Source of the DNA: Promethearchaeota archaeon
GTDB lineage: Archaea; Asgardarchaeota; Thorarchaeia; Thorarchaeales; Thorarchaeaceae
Direction: 5' to 3'
Assembly: GCA_014728035.1 (NCBI GenBank)
Contig: WJMJ01000065.1
Coordinates: forward strand, 1 to 26,817
Length of the DNA stretch: 26,817 bases
Shown piece after piece: positions 1 to 9,044 of this stretch (the first letter of the stretch is position 1; every line of letters starts with the position of its first letter). The translations under genes and the position numbers were made by a program. The notes below the pieces were generated by a model that saw only the letters and a program-made list of their open reading frames with translations, was not told the DNA's origin and ran no database searches.

Positions 1-78
1 CACTGTTGCTGCATTAGTGATTATAAGAATGAACACTAGAGCTAGCAAAGATTTTGATTTGCCTGCTTTCTTTGGCAT
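1..78 (-). CDS. N-terminus of a secreted or membrane-anchored protein running off the left window edge (partial)
   Basis: Manual translation from ATG at 78: MPKKAGKSKSLLALVFILIITNAATV..., a basic N-region followed by a hydrophobic stretch; open to the edge; divergent from FKBP. Confidence 0.7.
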   Translation of the reverse strand, partial: MPKKAGKSKSLLALVFILIITNAATV

Positions 79-191
79 GCTTTTCACATCTATTTTGATA
101 ATTGAATAATGGATATGGGTCTAATAGCTAATAAATTGAGATGGTTCTATTTACCGTTTGAATTATTACATAATAGAGCTACTATTTTTGT

Positions 192-521
192 ATGTCAGAA
201 TTACAGATTGAAGATATCGAGCTCGGAACAGGACCTTCACCAAAGAAAGGACAGAAAGTAGTAGTCCATTATACTGGTTGGTTGACTTCTGGAAAGAAAT
301 TTGATAGCTCGGTTGATAGAGGTGAACCTTTCGAATTTACAATCGGAGTTGGTAAAGTGATTAAAGGTTGGGATCAGGGAGTCATGACGATGAAAGTTGG
401 TGGAAAACGAAAACTAACTATCCCTCCTGAATTAGCGTATGGTACTCGAGAAGTTGGTGGCGGACTGATACCTGCAAATTCAACATTGATTTTCGAAGTT
501 GAATTACTAGACCTCAAATGA
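192..521 (+). CDS. FKBP-type peptidyl-prolyl cis-trans isomerase (short FKBP12-like)
   Basis: Canonical FKBP_C motifs: VHYTGWL..GKKFDSS.DRGEPFEF.IG.GKVIKGWDQGV..MKVGGKRKLTIPPELAYG...IPANSTLIFEVELL. Confidence 0.97.
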   Translation: MSELQIEDIELGTGPSPKKGQKVVVHYTGWLTSGKKFDSSVDRGEPFEFTIGVGKVIKGWDQGVMTMKVGGKRKLTIPPELAYGTREVGGGLIPANSTLIFEVELLDLK

Positions 522-701
522 TTCAGATTTCAGTGATTCTATCTCACTGGGATGCGAGCGAGTATTGGGATATTCCAATCGACCCATGATTAACTATTTC
601 CTACATGTTGGAGGAAAGCCATCTAAATTGAAAATGGCTTCATACTCCATCACATGTGATTGCATAGAATTTCAAATATTTAGTCTTCACATGTGACAAA
701 T

Positions 702-1151
702 TTATTCTGATTCGTTTTCTATTGGCAATTCATCTGTCTCCTCTTGATTGGTTTCCTTTGTATCATCCAAGAGACTGTCAAGGGTCTCAACTAGGGATCG
801 ACCAAATAAGCCACCAAATCCACCTAAAAGTGCACCAATGATGATGCTAATTGCTATCACAACTCCTCCCAGTCCACTCAAACCTAGCAGTCCAATGAAG
901 AGGTCTGCAACTTGCAAAGCTTGTGCAGTAGCGATGAGATAAGCAAAGAGAATAGACCATGCAAGTGCTACCCCAATGAATCCTGCAAGAAATGCATTCT
1001 TAGAATTCCTAACAAGAAGTGCTCCAATGAATCCTACAACTAGCATAAGAACCCATGTTCCAAATAATTGGAAGACGAGTCCAAGAACTCCAACGATGAT
1101 TATGGCGGGCACCAAATCGATTTCTGGTAGTAGTGTGTCTATCTTGTTCAT
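702..1151 (-). CDS. Small multi-pass membrane protein, co-transcribed downstream of the penicillin acylase gene
   Basis: About 4 Gly-rich hydrophobic segments and an acidic tail; GGTGAT RBS-like motif upstream; 9-bp gap from the upstream gene's stop. Confidence 0.8.
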   Translation of the reverse strand: MNKIDTLLPEIDLVPAIIIVGVLGLVFQLFGTWVLMLVVGFIGALLVRNSKNAFLAGFIGVALAWSILFAYLIATAQALQVADLFIGLLGLSGLGGVVIAISIIIGALLGGFGGLFGRSLVETLDSLLDDTKETNQEETDELPIENESE

Positions 1152-1160
1152 TTAATCACC

Positions 1161-3725
1161 TCAGGGATTGAATGTCAAAAATTGTTTGACATGATTTGTT
1201 GGAAACGTAGCAAAGGAAGCGTAGAATCTCTCGTGCGTGTAACCATAGTGTTCTGTTTCATCATCATATTCATACCATAATGCAAACAGATCAGACCAAT
1301 GTTCACTGACCAGATTTCCACTCTGCCCTCCTGGATAGACGGTATAGATATCAAGTATATCTTCAAAACTAACTACCATTCTCCTTGAGGGACCTCCAGT
1401 AACGGTCCATCCAAAAGCTGCGTTCAGAGTATATCCACTACCATGATGCGGTCCTCCACCCAGATAGGTGAAGCTAGCTAGATGGTCAACATAGATGATG
1501 TGATAGAGACCATACTCCCAGTTGTCCTGATTTTCTCCTAGATCAGAAACCAATAAGTTGTAGCATCTTTGAAACGCTCGAACTACGATTTCCTCAAGAG
1601 ATTCTATATCGGTTGTAGATTTATCATCAATATAGTATGATTCGTTTTCTTTGATTACTCTCTCCAATATTGGAGTGTAGATATTTCCTCGACTTACTCC
1701 CGTTGATGTTACTTCATCGAATATCTCGTTTGTCAGCGAGTCATCAAGATACATCCAGATAGTAGGTGCAATGCTATCAGGATCCATTCTATAATTCCAA
1801 TTTTTCATCTCAGTAACCATGGACTGAATTGAGGAATTGCTGAATGCACTATTATCCCAAGCGTCGAGAACTAAAGGAAGAATATTCTGAGCAGATAGGT
1901 CTAAGTCATCCGCTTGATGCCGCATCATATCCTCCACAGTAACTGATGAATCACTACTTAATAGCGAGTCTATTCTGCGACCACGATATCCTGGTGCTTG
2001 AATGCCAACTAAAGGATAGGCATATGATTCAGGATCTATTGAGAGTTGATTTGCTGACTGCAGATACCCTTGTGTCGGATTTACACTTCTTGGTAGATGT
2101 GCATATGGTATACTACCTGTCCATCCTACTGAATCATTGAGGGCGACTACAGGATATTTTCCTGAGTATCCTGAACGAATCGGAAATCTACCTGCAACAG
2201 TTAATGCGATATTCCCCTCATCATCAGCATAGACGAAATTCTGGGGAGCTGCATCCCACCAATACAACGAATCAAAATAATCCGTCATGTTGTTTGCCTT
2301 GTTCAACTTAGATACCGCTAAAATCTCATGGGTAAAACCTGATCCAGTCCAATTCATGGCTAGATTGACAATACCATCATTAGAAACATCATAACTCTCC
2401 GTTATGGAATCTATACAAGGTCCATGAATGCTCCATTTCACCTCATATTCGACAATTTCACCACTTCTAAGTAATATGTCTTCGTTGATGATTTCGAAAT
2501 CCTTCCATTCGTTATTATACCAATATTGATCTTGGTTTTCGGTATTTACCTCCTCAACAAACAAATCAAGCACATCTAAACCAACGTTTGTGAGTCCCCA
2601 TGCAATGTGTTCATTATGCCCAATGAGAACAGCCGGTGTTCCTGCAAGAGTTCCTCCTTGCACATTCAATAGTCCCGGTACTACTATGTGGGCCTCATAC
2701 CATAGTGACGGAAGTTGTAGTCGCAGGTGAGGGTCATTTGCAAGGATTGGTCTACCTGTGGAGCTTTTAGAACCGTTTACGACCCAATTATTACTACCAA
2801 CGTAATCGAGGTTTCCAAAAGGTTGGATGACCTCAGAAACTATGGAAAGTAATGATTGTGTTTTTTGACTATCTAATATCGGAATCTCTGCAGTATTCTG
2901 TGAGGAGACAGGCTCGCCAGCTGTCCAACCACCAGGTGCATTGGGATATTCTACAAGACTCAGATTATATTGTTCAGGAATGATTGGTACTGAATACGGC
3001 CAGACATCAGGGAACATATCTTCAAATAGAGTATCATTATTGAATGCCTGATTTATCTCGTGATATGCTAATTCTCTTGATAGGCTCCCTGATAACCCCC
3101 AACTCATCATTTTTGACCACGCAAAGATATCCACTGGCTCCCATGGTTCTGGAATGAATCCTACTACTTTGAGTTCAAAGGGTACCTCAGCATCACTCAT
3201 TCTAGTCAAGTAGGTGTTGATACCAAATACATATGCCTCTATAACATCTAGCACATATTCCGCATCTGGATTCGTATCTACCTCTGCCAATAAGCCCTCG
3301 TAGGTCATCTGTGCTGATCTGGCAAGCCCGATAGTTCGATAATATTTGTCTGAAGAGATAGCCCATGACTCTCCACCCATGATCTCACTGATTCTTCCTG
3401 CAGCCAAATATTTCTGCATGACCATCTGGAAGAGACGATCCTTTGCATGGAGATATCCAAGAGTAATGAATGCATCTTCTTTTGTTTCAGCGTAGATATG
3501 TGGTATTGCCCATTCGTCCATGATAACCTGAACCTGTGAATCAAGCTCAGAAATTTTTATTGTTTGATTTCCAGACATATCTATTGCGTGTCCTGTATCG
3601 AATATACCACCTACTGGTTGGAGTATCCCGAGACCTCCAGCAAGAGGCCCAATTGGCATAGTCAATATGATAATCATTGCAATCGGGCCAATAGCCGATA
3701 GACCCAACTTCAGTACCTTCTTCAT
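1161..3725 (-). CDS. Penicillin acylase family (peptidase S45) Ntn-hydrolase precursor, N-terminally anchored or secreted
   Basis: D..AIPHIYA...DAF..LGY.HA.DRLFQM; beta-subunit nucleophile GSNNW; LANDPHL...LPSLWYE; QNFVYAD..GNI; SANQ; PGGQSGN. Confidence 0.95.
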   Translation of the reverse strand: MKKVLKLGLSAIGPIAMIIILTMPIGPLAGGLGILQPVGGIFDTGHAIDMSGNQTIKISELDSQVQVIMDEWAIPHIYAETKEDAFITLGYLHAKDRLFQMVMQKYLAAGRISEIMGGESWAISSDKYYRTIGLARSAQMTYEGLLAEVDTNPDAEYVLDVIEAYVFGINTYLTRMSDAEVPFELKVVGFIPEPWEPVDIFAWSKMMSWGLSGSLSRELAYHEINQAFNNDTLFEDMFPDVWPYSVPIIPEQYNLSLVEYPNAPGGWTAGEPVSSQNTAEIPILDSQKTQSLLSIVSEVIQPFGNLDYVGSNNWVVNGSKSSTGRPILANDPHLRLQLPSLWYEAHIVVPGLLNVQGGTLAGTPAVLIGHNEHIAWGLTNVGLDVLDLFVEEVNTENQDQYWYNNEWKDFEIINEDILLRSGEIVEYEVKWSIHGPCIDSITESYDVSNDGIVNLAMNWTGSGFTHEILAVSKLNKANNMTDYFDSLYWWDAAPQNFVYADDEGNIALTVAGRFPIRSGYSGKYPVVALNDSVGWTGSIPYAHLPRSVNPTQGYLQSANQLSIDPESYAYPLVGIQAPGYRGRRIDSLLSSDSSVTVEDMMRHQADDLDLSAQNILPLVLDAWDNSAFSNSSIQSMVTEMKNWNYRMDPDSIAPTIWMYLDDSLTNEIFDEVTSTGVSRGNIYTPILERVIKENESYYIDDKSTTDIESLEEIVVRAFQRCYNLLVSDLGENQDNWEYGLYHIIYVDHLASFTYLGGGPHHGSGYTLNAAFGWTVTGGPSRRMVVSFEDILDIYTVYPGGQSGNLVSEHWSDLFALWYEYDDETEHYGYTHERFYASFATFPTNHVKQFLTFNP

Positions 3726-3952
3726 CTATCTCCCTCGAATTTCAAACTAGTATACGATAAACATCCAATTACATAAACATTCTTGAAAATAGAGATTTCA
3801 TATTTATTCCACATTTCACGATAGAACAAACTCATCTAATATTGAAAGAAAAATCACAAAAACCAGCGACCATTTGAATTATGATTTGAAATATTGTTCT
3901 CTACGTAGGCTTATTAGCATTTTTTTTGTATCTAGTCATGCGCGTGGTCTAG

Positions 3953-6900
3953 ATGAGACGATATTCAGTTGTTTTTCTACTTTGTTTATTTTGTTTTCCG
4001 CTCCTTTTCAGTGGTTCTCAAAATTCATTGATTCCTTCTCTAGTTATTGAGAAGACAAGTAACATGAGTTACACTCCCATTTCAAATATAACCATAGACG
4101 GAGATGAAGATTTTGTGAATGGTGGATGGCCCGGAAATGGTGATCCGTGGGATCCATACATTATTGATGGATACAATATTTCCACAACAGATACCTATGC
4201 AATTTACATAAGAAACACCGTGAAGCATTTCTTGGTCAATAATTGCTATATCCCTGATGATTCAATTTCATCAATACATGCTGTCTATCTATCCAATGTG
4301 TCTAATGGTGTGTTTCAAAATATTCACATCGTTGGAAGAAGAGGGTATAGCTTCTTGGTTTGGTCGAGCGACCACGTGACACTCAATAACGTGACTATTC
4401 AAGACGGAGGTAATCGTGGCTTAGATATAGGATATTGCGATAATATCATTGTTCTAGGGTCATACATCCATACTCCGATGGCTCGAGGTCTTCATTTGAA
4501 CAATGTGGAATCTAGTATCTTTTATGATGTGAGCTTTTATTCTCATCATATCGAATTGATTGATTCATATTACCTCAATTTTACAGAAGTTACTTCTGAT
4601 GCATATCTCTCTTACTCAGGTTTTGATATTGAATCTTGCAATTCCTCTATTTTCACTCGCTGTGTTGCCAACTCTTGTGGAATCGGTTTCAATGTGTACG
4701 ATACAAGCCAGAATAACACCTTTGATGGTTGTATTGCCAATGAGAATTCATTACAGAATTTCTATATTAATACCTGTGATAATAACACGTTACAGAATTG
4801 TATATCCTATGGAAATAATGATGAGGGATATAATGTTGAAAATTCTGATTTTATAGTTTTTAGAAATAATACTGCATATGCTAATTCTGGAAACGGAGCT
4901 AGGTTCGATTACTGTGATAATTGCTCATTCTACAACAATTACTTCTATGATAATGATGCAACTGGAATCTACCTAAGATACTGTAACTACACATACATGT
5001 ATGCAACAAATTCATCGGGCAATGGAGATAGGGGTATCAATTTCTCTTGGAGTCATTATGCAACTATTGAACATTGTAACACAACAGAAAACGGTGGTAT
5101 TGGAATCTATCATGGCTATGGCGGTCAACATAGTAACATCGAATGGAACTATGTAGATCATTGCGGAGGTGACGGGATATACGTACATGATGGATATGAC
5201 GTGCTTATAGCCAATAACACAGTTACCAATCCCAATCAAAAAGGCATCACTCCCTATAGCTGTGAAAATTCAATAGTTGAAGACAATGAGATATTCGATT
5301 GTTCCTATGGAATATACAATTACGGGAGCACATATTGCTTCGTGAGAAACAATGTGATTGCCGATACATATTACGGGATATATTCGCAGAGTGGCGACCA
5401 TATGTTATTTGATAATAACAACATAACAGGCGCCAGGCAAGGGTATCGAATTTACTTTGGTACTAACTATACAGTTTCCAATGCTTATGTCAGTGATTCA
5501 TACATTGGTTATCTTCTCTTTCAATCCACTTCAAGCAATCTGACAAATGTACATTCGGAAGCATGTGATGATTATGGTATCCAATTAGAAGAATGTTGGA
5601 ATGTTACAGTTAGCGATTCTGAATTTGTAAACTGCTATGATGATGATATTCTTCTAATAGAATCAGAACAATGTCATTTCTATTCGGTTACACTTGGCGA
5701 ACGAGGTGTCCGAATTGATTCAGCAGTCAAAGAGGATTGGTATCATTACTTCACTGATGTTACAGTTATTGGAAAACCTCTGCTCTATGTTGCAAATGGA
5801 ACCGACCTGAACTTTAATGGAGCGAATTACGAACAAGCAATCCTGGTGAATTGTACTGACTCTTCTGTAACCGGCGCTTCATTTACTAATCACTCAATTG
5901 GTGCTACAGCTGCATTTTGTTCCGGAGGTGCATTTGATGAAGTATCTGTCGATAATTCGACAACCGGGATTTACGTATACTTCAGCGATTCCTTCAATGT
6001 GACTAGTTGTAATGTTGAAAATTGTCCTAATGGAATAGTGGCATACTCCTCAGTTGACACCTTCATTCTATCATGTTCAGTGAATGATAGTAGCTATTGT
6101 ATTAATATCGACGAATCTGAGGGAACAATTATCCAAGACACAAATGCAACACATGCTCTGTACGGAATTAACATCGATACGTGTAACAATGCATTTGTTG
6201 AAAATTGTGTTATAGGAGATATCAGTGGGATGGGTCTTAGATTCTATTCATCTACCAATAGCAGCGGAGTAGATAATTACATTTACCTTTCATCAAAGGG
6301 GTTAGTCTTCCAGAGTGTTGTTGATTGCAATATGACCGGCACTGTGATTGATAACTGCTGGGAAGGTATCTTTCTTTCTGGCTCTGCAGGTGTATTTCTG
6401 GATCATATTCAAACCATTAATGCAACAAGTTACAGCTTGGCTATTTCGGGCGGCGTTAATGTCACCATCACATCAGTAAACTTTGACGGACAAGGAATAC
6501 GGCTTAGTTCCTCTGGTATGGATGGATATGATATTACAATTGAAGACTCCGAATTGAACGGAAAACCCATCGGTCAACTTAGAAATGAATCTGGTATTGT
6601 TGATGCATCTCTCTATAGTCAGCTATTTCTTTATGACTGCTATAATATGACAGTGTATAACAGTTCTTTTGATGTTGGAATGGGGCTCTTTATCTTTAGT
6701 TGCGATAACGTCACTGTTCAGAACTTTGATTCAACTGGAACCTATGGCGGTATTAAGATTGCATATTCATCTTACATATACTTGTATGATATCGTTCTTG
6801 TAGATGAAACCGATATCGGCGTTAGGTTTCTGTACTCTGATTATCTTGTGATTGACAATGCAACTATTACAGGGAACACACTGAGTGCGATTACTTTAAC

Positions 6901-8293
6901 GCATTCTAACTACCTGAATCTCACGAATTCCATTATCATAGATGCTGCACAACATGGACTCTATCTGTATTATTCTGATTATGCCTATATTGAGAATAAT
7001 ACCTTCTTTGAGAATCTCAGAGGTATATACAATTATCGTAGTGACTATTGTCAGGGATTCTACAATGGATTCTTCAATAATTCCTATGGAATTTACGTGG
7101 ACAATGGTGAGGATAATTCCTACATCCACAACGAATTTGGATACAACACAGTTCAAGCATTTGATAATGGAATATTAACTGCATGGGATAACGGAATCGA
7201 TTCTGGCAACGCTTGGTCCGATTATGTGTCCGGTGGTAATTACCCAATAGGTGGAATGGCTGGAAGTTCAGACGGATTCCCAACAACACTGGGTTCTACC
7301 TCTCCTGTTCTAAGCTCTCCATCTGATAGTAACTTTTTCGAGGGTCAGACTGGGAATATGATTTCTTGGACAATTTCTGGTAGGTATCTGCAGAGTTACA
7401 CTGTTAGCAGAAACGGAACCATTGTTCAACAAGGAAGAATATCGTCCTCTATTGTGATTGTATATGCTGATGGCTTAGCAAATGGTGATTACGAGTATAT
7501 ACTAACAGCCTTCAATGTCATGGGTGAGTCCGATACAGATACCGTAATAGTATCGATTCTTCCCCTATCAACTCCAGATATCACACCTCTAGATAATCTC
7601 ACATTCTACCATACCAAGGAGCCTAGTCTAGTCACTTGGACTGCAACGGATCTCTATCCCTATGAATATGAGATCTATCTCGATGATGAACTTGTGGCAT
7701 CAGGTGAGTGGAATGAAACCTCCATCATCTACTATCTATCACAATTGGGTGTTGGGGAACATAATCTCACTCTGCTTGCAATATCCGAATGTGGTAATTT
7801 TGCTACCGATACTATTTGGCTTACCGTCATTGCTCTCTCAACACCTTTCATCAATCATCCAGCTGATATTCAGTATATGATTGGTCAGACTGGTTTTGAT
7901 ATTACATGGTTCGTATCAGATTCATATCCTGATTCTTTCGAACTTTATCGAAATGGAACTCTTATTGACTCAGGTGATTGGGATGGATCTGATATATCGC
8001 TCAGTCTGGATAGCTTGGATACAGAGGGGATTTACAACTATACTCTTGTTGTATTCTCCGAATGTGAGGAGAGCTCGTCTGATACCGTACTGGTCACAGT
8101 ACTACCAGCACCGACCACCCCTACAACAACAACTACAACAGGAACGACTACTACAACAACCACTGAGACCACCACATCACCAAGTACTCCTAGTGACAAC
8201 CAAGGTATGATTATGCTCTCGATTGGTCTGGTTGGTGGTCTCGCAGTTGGTGTATTTATTTCCTGTATTTTTACAAAGGTAAAAAAGGATTGA
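3953..8293 (+). CDS. Large cell-surface protein: signal peptide, right-handed parallel beta-helix (NosD/CASH-like) repeats, three Ig-like repeats, Thr-rich linker, C-terminal TM anchor
   Basis: I.IDGD.DF...WPGNG...DPYII.G opening motif; many GIY/N..I..N repeats; C-terminal repeats P....P.D.....G.TG..I.W...D.YP..Y.....G....G.W...G.YNYTL...DTV.VTV; PTTPTTTTTT linker; TM then KVKKD; many N-x-S/T sequons. Confidence 0.9.
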   Translation: MRRYSVVFLLCLFCFPLLFSGSQNSLIPSLVIEKTSNMSYTPISNITIDGDEDFVNGGWPGNGDPWDPYIIDGYNISTTDTYAIYIRNTVKHFLVNNCYIPDDSISSIHAVYLSNVSNGVFQNIHIVGRRGYSFLVWSSDHVTLNNVTIQDGGNRGLDIGYCDNIIVLGSYIHTPMARGLHLNNVESSIFYDVSFYSHHIELIDSYYLNFTEVTSDAYLSYSGFDIESCNSSIFTRCVANSCGIGFNVYDTSQNNTFDGCIANENSLQNFYINTCDNNTLQNCISYGNNDEGYNVENSDFIVFRNNTAYANSGNGARFDYCDNCSFYNNYFYDNDATGIYLRYCNYTYMYATNSSGNGDRGINFSWSHYATIEHCNTTENGGIGIYHGYGGQHSNIEWNYVDHCGGDGIYVHDGYDVLIANNTVTNPNQKGITPYSCENSIVEDNEIFDCSYGIYNYGSTYCFVRNNVIADTYYGIYSQSGDHMLFDNNNITGARQGYRIYFGTNYTVSNAYVSDSYIGYLLFQSTSSNLTNVHSEACDDYGIQLEECWNVTVSDSEFVNCYDDDILLIESEQCHFYSVTLGERGVRIDSAVKEDWYHYFTDVTVIGKPLLYVANGTDLNFNGANYEQAILVNCTDSSVTGASFTNHSIGATAAFCSGGAFDEVSVDNSTTGIYVYFSDSFNVTSCNVENCPNGIVAYSSVDTFILSCSVNDSSYCINIDESEGTIIQDTNATHALYGINIDTCNNAFVENCVIGDISGMGLRFYSSTNSSGVDNYIYLSSKGLVFQSVVDCNMTGTVIDNCWEGIFLSGSAGVFLDHIQTINATSYSLAISGGVNVTITSVNFDGQGIRLSSSGMDGYDITIEDSELNGKPIGQLRNESGIVDASLYSQLFLYDCYNMTVYNSSFDVGMGLFIFSCDNVTVQNFDSTGTYGGIKIAYSSYIYLYDIVLVDETDIGVRFLYSDYLVIDNATITGNTLSAITLTHSNYLNLTNSIIIDAAQHGLYLYYSDYAYIENNTFFENLRGIYNYRSDYCQGFYNGFFNNSYGIYVDNGEDNSYIHNEFGYNTVQAFDNGILTAWDNGIDSGNAWSDYVSGGNYPIGGMAGSSDGFPTTLGSTSPVLSSPSDSNFFEGQTGNMISWTISGRYLQSYTVSRNGTIVQQGRISSSIVIVYADGLANGDYEYILTAFNVMGESDTDTVIVSILPLSTPDITPLDNLTFYHTKEPSLVTWTATDLYPYEYEIYLDDELVASGEWNETSIIYYLSQLGVGEHNLTLLAISECGNFATDTIWLTVIALSTPFINHPADIQYMIGQTGFDITWFVSDSYPDSFELYRNGTLIDSGDWDGSDISLSLDSLDTEGIYNYTLVVFSECEESSSDTVLVTVLPAPTTPTTTTTTGTTTTTTTETTTSPSTPSDNQGMIMLSIGLVGGLAVGVFISCIFTKVKKD
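8109..8190 (+). repeat. Low-complexity ACN-codon run encoding the Thr/Pro/Ser linker of the surface protein
   Basis: Encodes PTTPTTTTTTGTTTTTTTETTTSPSTP just before the TM anchor. Confidence 0.8.
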
Positions 8294-8456
8294 TTCTGAA
8301 AAGAAAGAATTTCATGTGTCGTTAGGTTTTCAAAATCTAACGACTTTTTTCTATTCAACCAATGAATGAGGAACATAATCTTAACAAGAGGTATCTACTT
8401 TATTCTGAATGTGATGATTTATCTATAACAACTGCCATCTCTTTTTGGTGATAATC

Positions 8457-8852
8457 TTGTCTACAACCGTTGAATTAGCCCAAGGCTTGGGAAAATCATT
8501 ACTCACTTGGAGCATCTCAAGTATTATTGTAGGATCTCTGCTGTACTTCTTTGGATTTCCTCTTCTCCAAGGAATAGGTCTCATGGCTATCTTATGGGGC
8601 TTCATCGACCTGATTATAGCTGGTTATACATTGAAGAAACAGAAAGATTCTCCTGCAGCAGACCTTGCTAAAGTGCTTCTCATCAATGTTGGTTTGGATA
8701 TAATTTACCAAGCAATTGGACTCTTACTCATACTATTCGGATGGCAGGATGAATTCATGATTGGCAACGGGATTGGAATCATCATCCAAGGTGCATTTCT
8801 ATTCGTATTGGATCTGTTCTACTACAGAAAGATGAAAGCACTGATACCTTAG
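8457..8852 (+). CDS. Small 4-TM membrane protein of unknown function
   Basis: Probable TTG start at 8457 after GGTGAT (ORF track starts at 8445); motifs WG.ID..IA, LLIN.GLD..Y, G.GI.IQG.FL...D. Confidence 0.8.
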   Translation: MSTTVELAQGLGKSLLTWSISSIIVGSLLYFFGFPLLQGIGLMAILWGFIDLIIAGYTLKKQKDSPAADLAKVLLINVGLDIIYQAIGLLLILFGWQDEFMIGNGIGIIIQGAFLFVLDLFYYRKMKALIP

Positions 8853-9044
8853 GAATCATCAAGCTACAATGATATGATTGGTGTTTTATGTACGATTATC
8901 TAGTATGTTCCTTGAGTTTGTCATGTTGTACTATTGTAACATTTTTAAAAAACGCATTTCTTATTCCTTACGAGTCAAGATTGGTAATGTAATGAATTAT
9001 TTAGTCCAGCATTTTCCCACACATTTTTGATTAACCTTGTAAAA

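Noticed and set aside
519-536. Selenocysteine read-through of the FKBP TGA with a downstream SECIS-like hairpin
   Set aside because: The FKBP domain is complete at the TGA, and a second TGA follows four codons later.
544-666. 40-aa minus-strand micro-ORF containing VVNHGSIG, faintly like the metallophosphoesterase NPGS.G motif
   Set aside because: Too short and the match too weak to support.
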